DNA from: Malacoraja senta
Taxonomy: Eukaryota
Direction of reading: 5' to 3'
DNA length: 64,000 nucleotides
Assembly: GCA_038087875.1 (NCBI GenBank)
Contig: CM075989.1
Location: forward strand, 12,958,001-13,022,000
Positions 59,926 to 64,000 of the stretch are shown here, one piece after another; position 1 is the stretch's first letter, and every line of letters begins with the position of its first letter. The position numbers and the translations under genes are program-made. The notes beneath the pieces were generated by a model. That model was not told the DNA's origin and ran no database searches. It saw only the letters and a list, made by a program, of their open reading frames with translations.

Positions 59926-62190
59926 GTATGGAGATAAACAAACTGCCAGAAACACAAGTGGTACATGTGACAATAAACTGACCTTGAAACCTTGAGGCTG
60001 GGTGCAGAGGCCAGCCTCTAATCCACCTGCCCAGTGGAGTGAGTGAGATTTAAGCCATCGAGAATCATGCAAAATGATGTAGAATTGAACTGGTTAGCCA
60101 TGAGATGCTCTAGCCCATTAGTAGCAGGACAGATGTTTGCTACCATCATCTGCAGCCTCATGATCAGGCAGATTCCTCACAGATGTTCAGGAAAACAATG
60201 AGTGCCAGTTTATAGAGGAATGCAACAGAACTACCTGCATGCAAAGCAGGCAATGTGAAGAGCTAAGCCACCCACGATCAACAGGTCAGATCAAAGCTCT
60301 GTTGTGTCTGATCCAGAATAGTGCTACGAATAAAGTGGCAATGGGAATAGATGTTCCAAGAATACCTTCCTTAACAATGACGAGGAACACATGGGAGATG
60401 TGGGTCCCAAGGTCGAGAATGCTTCAGCCAAGACAAGGCCAAAGCTTTCTCAATCATGTTCAGCCACAACATTAAGTGGATGATCCACAAATCCTTGCTT
60501 TTGCTGGTTCAGTGGTGAGCAAGCAGCAGCGAGGACTGACCTCAGTGAAGATGATGAAAATAGAATATTGTACCAGAACTAGCCTCTAGGTAAGCTGGTT
60601 GTGCACAGTTACAACACTGGCACCTCCCCGACAATAGAGAAAATTATGCCCTGCTTAGAAAAAAAAAGACAAATCCAATCTAGCTAATTATTCTCATTGA
60701 ACTGATGGAAGCGATCACCAACACTGCATTCAAATGGTACTTAATTGTCCAATAACCTACCAAACCTACTGGGCTCCAAACCTCATCAGAGGCTTGTTCC
60801 CAATATGGACCAAAGAACTGAATTCCATGTGAGATGACAGAAACTACTCTTAAGACAGTATTCAACCAAATGTGACATCAACAACCCTGATAAAAATGAT
60901 GACAGAAGTTATCAAGAGGAAAATGATGGTTGGAGTCATAACATGGACAGAGGAGAAAGGTTAAGGCTATCGCAGGTCAAGCGTCCCTGCCTCAGAACCG
61001 TTTGCTGGGCTCAAATGTCTTCAGCTGCCTCTGCGGGCCTTCCATTGTAACTTCTCAGATGATTGGTTCAGTTCCATTAGAAGCAGCTCTGCAAATGAAC
61101 CAGTTCATGTAGCAAGATCTGGACAATATTCGAGTGTGAGCTGACGGTGCCTATCAACGTCTGACCTGTAATCATTTCACAAATGAGCATCTTAGCAAGT
61201 GAGAATTGAGCAACCCAATTATGATGTTCATTGGTTTTACTGTCATTGACTCGTTACCCATCAGTATCCCGAGGATGATCACTGTCTCCAGAAAGTCACT
61301 GAAACAGCCATGAAAATACTGTGGTTACAGGAACAGGCCAGAGACTGACTGTCCTGTTATAAGATCCCTTCCGAGTCACACACATCGTGGAAGTGTATCC
61401 CCATTTGTCAATGCTGGCTCTAAATCCTGGAACTCCCTCTTCAACAGTACTGTGGGAGTACCTTGACCAGAAGGACAGCAGTGGTTCAAGAAGGCAATTC
61501 ACCATCTTCGCCTCAGGCATTTGGGAATGGGCATTAAATGCCGGCCTTCCCAGGAAACAGGCCCTGGAAAATAAATGTAAAGCTCCAGGATTCGGCCACT
61601 CTGATGTCGACTTACAGGTGTTACGCCGGCTCTCTGCACACAGGGTGGGAATGCCTCGACAGTATCCCACCTCCAAACACATGGGACTGGGTCAGAACTC
61701 GTACTGGCAGAGCACTTAAGTTGGGAATCGTTGCAGGTTTTTCTAGTCCAAGGAGGCACGCCCCCATGGGGCACAAAGGCTGATGGACCGGAGAGGAGAG
61801 GGAGCCAAGAACAGGTGGTGGTGGTGGGGGGGGGGGGGGGGGAGAAAGAGGGACTTTTGGGATTATAATGAGTACTTTAACTTTGTCGACTACGTGGTGA
61901 CTCTTTACGTACTTTGTACATTGTATGCAAAAACAAAGATTTTCGCTGTACCTAGGTACATGTGACAATAAAGTATCATTGAATGGTTTGTCAACAGGTC
62001 ATTACAGAGACCAGGGAACTGCTGTAGGTCAATGTTCTCTGAAGTAGCCTCCTCCTCCTCCCCATAAACTTTATCCTATGCTGTACTATAACCCTGAGTT
62101 AGCAGTATGCCAGGTACTTTGCCAATCTTCCAACATTGCTTGTTTGTTGAAATCACTTATTTTCTAAACTTTTGATTTTTTTTGAGGAAG

Positions 62191-62349
62191 GGCTCGGTGA
62201 AGCTGCAGATTACACTGGCAGACTTCCAGGAAGCGCTGAAGATCGTGTTCCCTTCCTCTCTGCGGAGCAGCATTGGCCTGACTGACTTCAGACCCGTGCC
62301 CTGGGACCAGGTCGGAGGTTTGGATGATATCAAGTTGAAACTAAGGCAG
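62191..62349 (+). CDS. AFG2B: AFG2B exon 3
   Basis: 159 bp; [53 protein letters not shown]; aag/gtaaag. Confidence 0.92.
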
Positions 62350-62542
62350 GTAAAGTTCATCAAACCCTTCCCCATCTGCTTCAAACCAATTTAATTCTCC
62401 CTCTGCTGCTCTTTCTCTCTTTGTGCATCCCTATCATTCTGAGATTTCTGTATGTGTTTCCCTCTATACGTGTCTCTGTCTCTCTCCCTTTTGCTCTCTG
62501 TCTCTCAGCAGAGTTTGACCACTTTGGCATTGCTTCTGGCAG

Positions 62543-62752
62543 AGTGTCGAGTGGCCACTGATGTACCCGGAAGCGTTTGTGAGGATGGGACTGATGCCTT
62601 GTCGGGGTATCCTCCTGTATGGACCACCAGGATGTGCAAAGACCACGTTGGTGAAGGCCACGGCCTCCAGCTGCCGGTGCTCCTTGCTGTCGGTCAGTGG
62701 GGCTGAGCTCTTCTCCCCCTTTGTGGGTGATTCTGAAAAGGCGTTGTCTGAG
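62543..62752 (+). CDS. AFG2B: AFG2B exon 4 (D2 Walker A)
   Basis: 210 bp; [16 protein letters not shown]...[19 protein letters not shown]...[22 protein letters not shown] is characteristic of SPATA5L1 rather than SPATA5 (GCSKT). Confidence 0.96.
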
Positions 62753-62981
62753 GTGAGCATTTACTGTCCTCTGCTCCGGGCTGACTATGTTGTGAGTCAT
62801 TGCAACGTGGACCTCATTTTCGGCAGTAAAGTATTTGCTGCATATTCCTTGGGTAATCAATGCTCATAATGTGATAGATATGATACAGTCCCTTTATATT
62901 TGGAGGAATTTGGCCATCCACTGTCCAGCTGCTTGCTCGTTCCGTGTGACTGTCTACTGGTTGGCTGGCCCCATCCCTATT

Positions 62982-63181
62982 NNNNNNNNNNNNNNNNNNN
63001 NNNNNNNNNNNNNNNNNNNNNNNNNNNNNNNNNNNNNNNNNNNNNNNNNNNNNNNNNNNNNNNNNNNNNNNNNNNNNNNNNNNNNNNNNNNNNNNNNNNN
63101 NNNNNNNNNNNNNNNNNNNNNNNNNNNNNNNNNNNNNNNNNNNNNNNNNNNNNNNNNNNNNNNNNNNNNNNNNNNNNNNNN
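62982..63181. other. Assembly gap (200 N placeholder) hiding AFG2B exons
   Basis: D2 Walker B and SRH coding sequence is missing between exon 4 and the next visible exon. Confidence 1.
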
Positions 63182-63248
63182 CCTGAAGGAGCTAGGAACA
63201 GTGACCGCAGGATTTACTGGAGCAGATTTACAGAATTTGTGCAAGGAG
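63182..63248 (+). CDS. AFG2B: AFG2B, 3' part of a late (probably penultimate) exon
   Basis: LKELGTVTAGFTGADLQNLCKE|gtgagt, the D2 lid motif. Confidence 0.88.
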
Positions 63249-63870
63249 GTGAGTCTGCGCTGACAGCATGGGATTGTAGTGGCCGGATTGGGAGTCAGGC
63301 CAGGGCTTTCACTCTGTGTATCAAGTGAGGGTTTACAAGCAGTCATTATCAGGGCAGCCAAACAGGGAAAGGGCAAAAATGTAAAAACAAACTCTTTAAA
63401 GGGAAATAGAGATGTATTTTAGATTTTGAGTGAACAGAGAAATGTGGATTGTGGTGCAGGTCAGACAAGGCTGGAGCTACATGTATCTTAAACTAGCAAA
63501 GCAATGCTGAGTTGGAACCATAAGTGTCCTCAGACGTCAGACACTGCGGTGAGTTTGTCATGCCGTTAGTTTATAATGCCTCGTCCCATGGGCAGTATAA
63601 CTGCTTACGTGGGATGTGAACCTCGATGGGGAAATTGGCAGATGCATTCAGTTTGCTGAAACACAGCAAGAGAACTGTAACTCTACTGTCTGCTTACCTG
63701 TGGTGAGTGCACAGGTTGAGGTGGTGGAACTCACTAATCGCTGCTGCTGTGTTATGGTGAAACAGACATTTTCTTGAGGCATTTACTGTGGTGCCTTTTG
63801 CTATCACAACACATCCTCTAGCCATTGCAATACTTTGCAAATCTACTGAAGTCCTCTGTATATCTGTATA

Positions 63871-64000
63871 CCCCACAAACTTCTAGCACGAGAACTTAAA
63901 AAACGGGAAAAAGAGAATGCAATATTAAAGATTAAATCAGATAGAGGGGAAGTATTAACACTACCCAAGGATATTAATAAAAGATTTGCTCAATTTTACC
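63871..64000 (+). mobile_element. L1-clade LINE ORF2 fragment (continues beyond the window)
   Basis: PHKLLARELKKREKENAILKIKSDRGEVLTLPKDINKRFAQFY, the L1 endonuclease-RT linker. Confidence 0.75.

Noticed and set aside
63715-63800. VK / RHFLEAFTVV resemblance to the last AFG2B exon
   Set aside because: An in-frame stop lies immediately upstream and the expected AALLAL-like start is missing; the true last exon is probably beyond the window.

Overview
Vertebrate genomic DNA. The repeat landscape (CR1 LINEs, tRNA-headed SINEs with CR1 tails, abundant Penelope pLTR fragments) suggests an elasmobranch such as a skate or ray; this is inferred, not shown. Three spliced genes can be reconstructed with canonical GT-AG junctions and consistent phases. 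AP3S2 is on the minus strand (6 exons, 37889->13537, 186 aa). ARPIN is on the minus strand (6 exons, 57029->48364, 229 aa). AFG2B/SPATA5L1 is on the plus strand from 57278, head-to-head with ARPIN with only 248 bp between the start codons; exons 1-4 and a later exon fragment are visible. A ~7.7 kb near-identical duplication flanks a 200-N gap (34051-41688 vs 41889-49670) and is probably a haplotype assembly artefact. Mobile elements include a near-intact DD34E IR/DR Tc1, a young 5'-truncated Ingi/Vingi-like LINE, a Harbinger-type MITE, a solo LTR, a probable Helitron end and many CR1/SINE/Rex/Penelope remnants. Most notable observations: (1) the first AAA domain of AFG2B carries both Walker B E->Q and sensor-1 N->D; (2) ~90-165 bp Penelope-type hammerhead-ribozyme units are inserted as discrete elements with 10-13 bp target-site duplications; (3) an inverted pair of decayed histone H1 fragments lies in an AP3S2 intron; (4) ARPIN and AP3S2 keep the phase-compatible read-through arrangement known from human; (5) a perfect 35-bp hairpin at 6390-6511 is unexplained.
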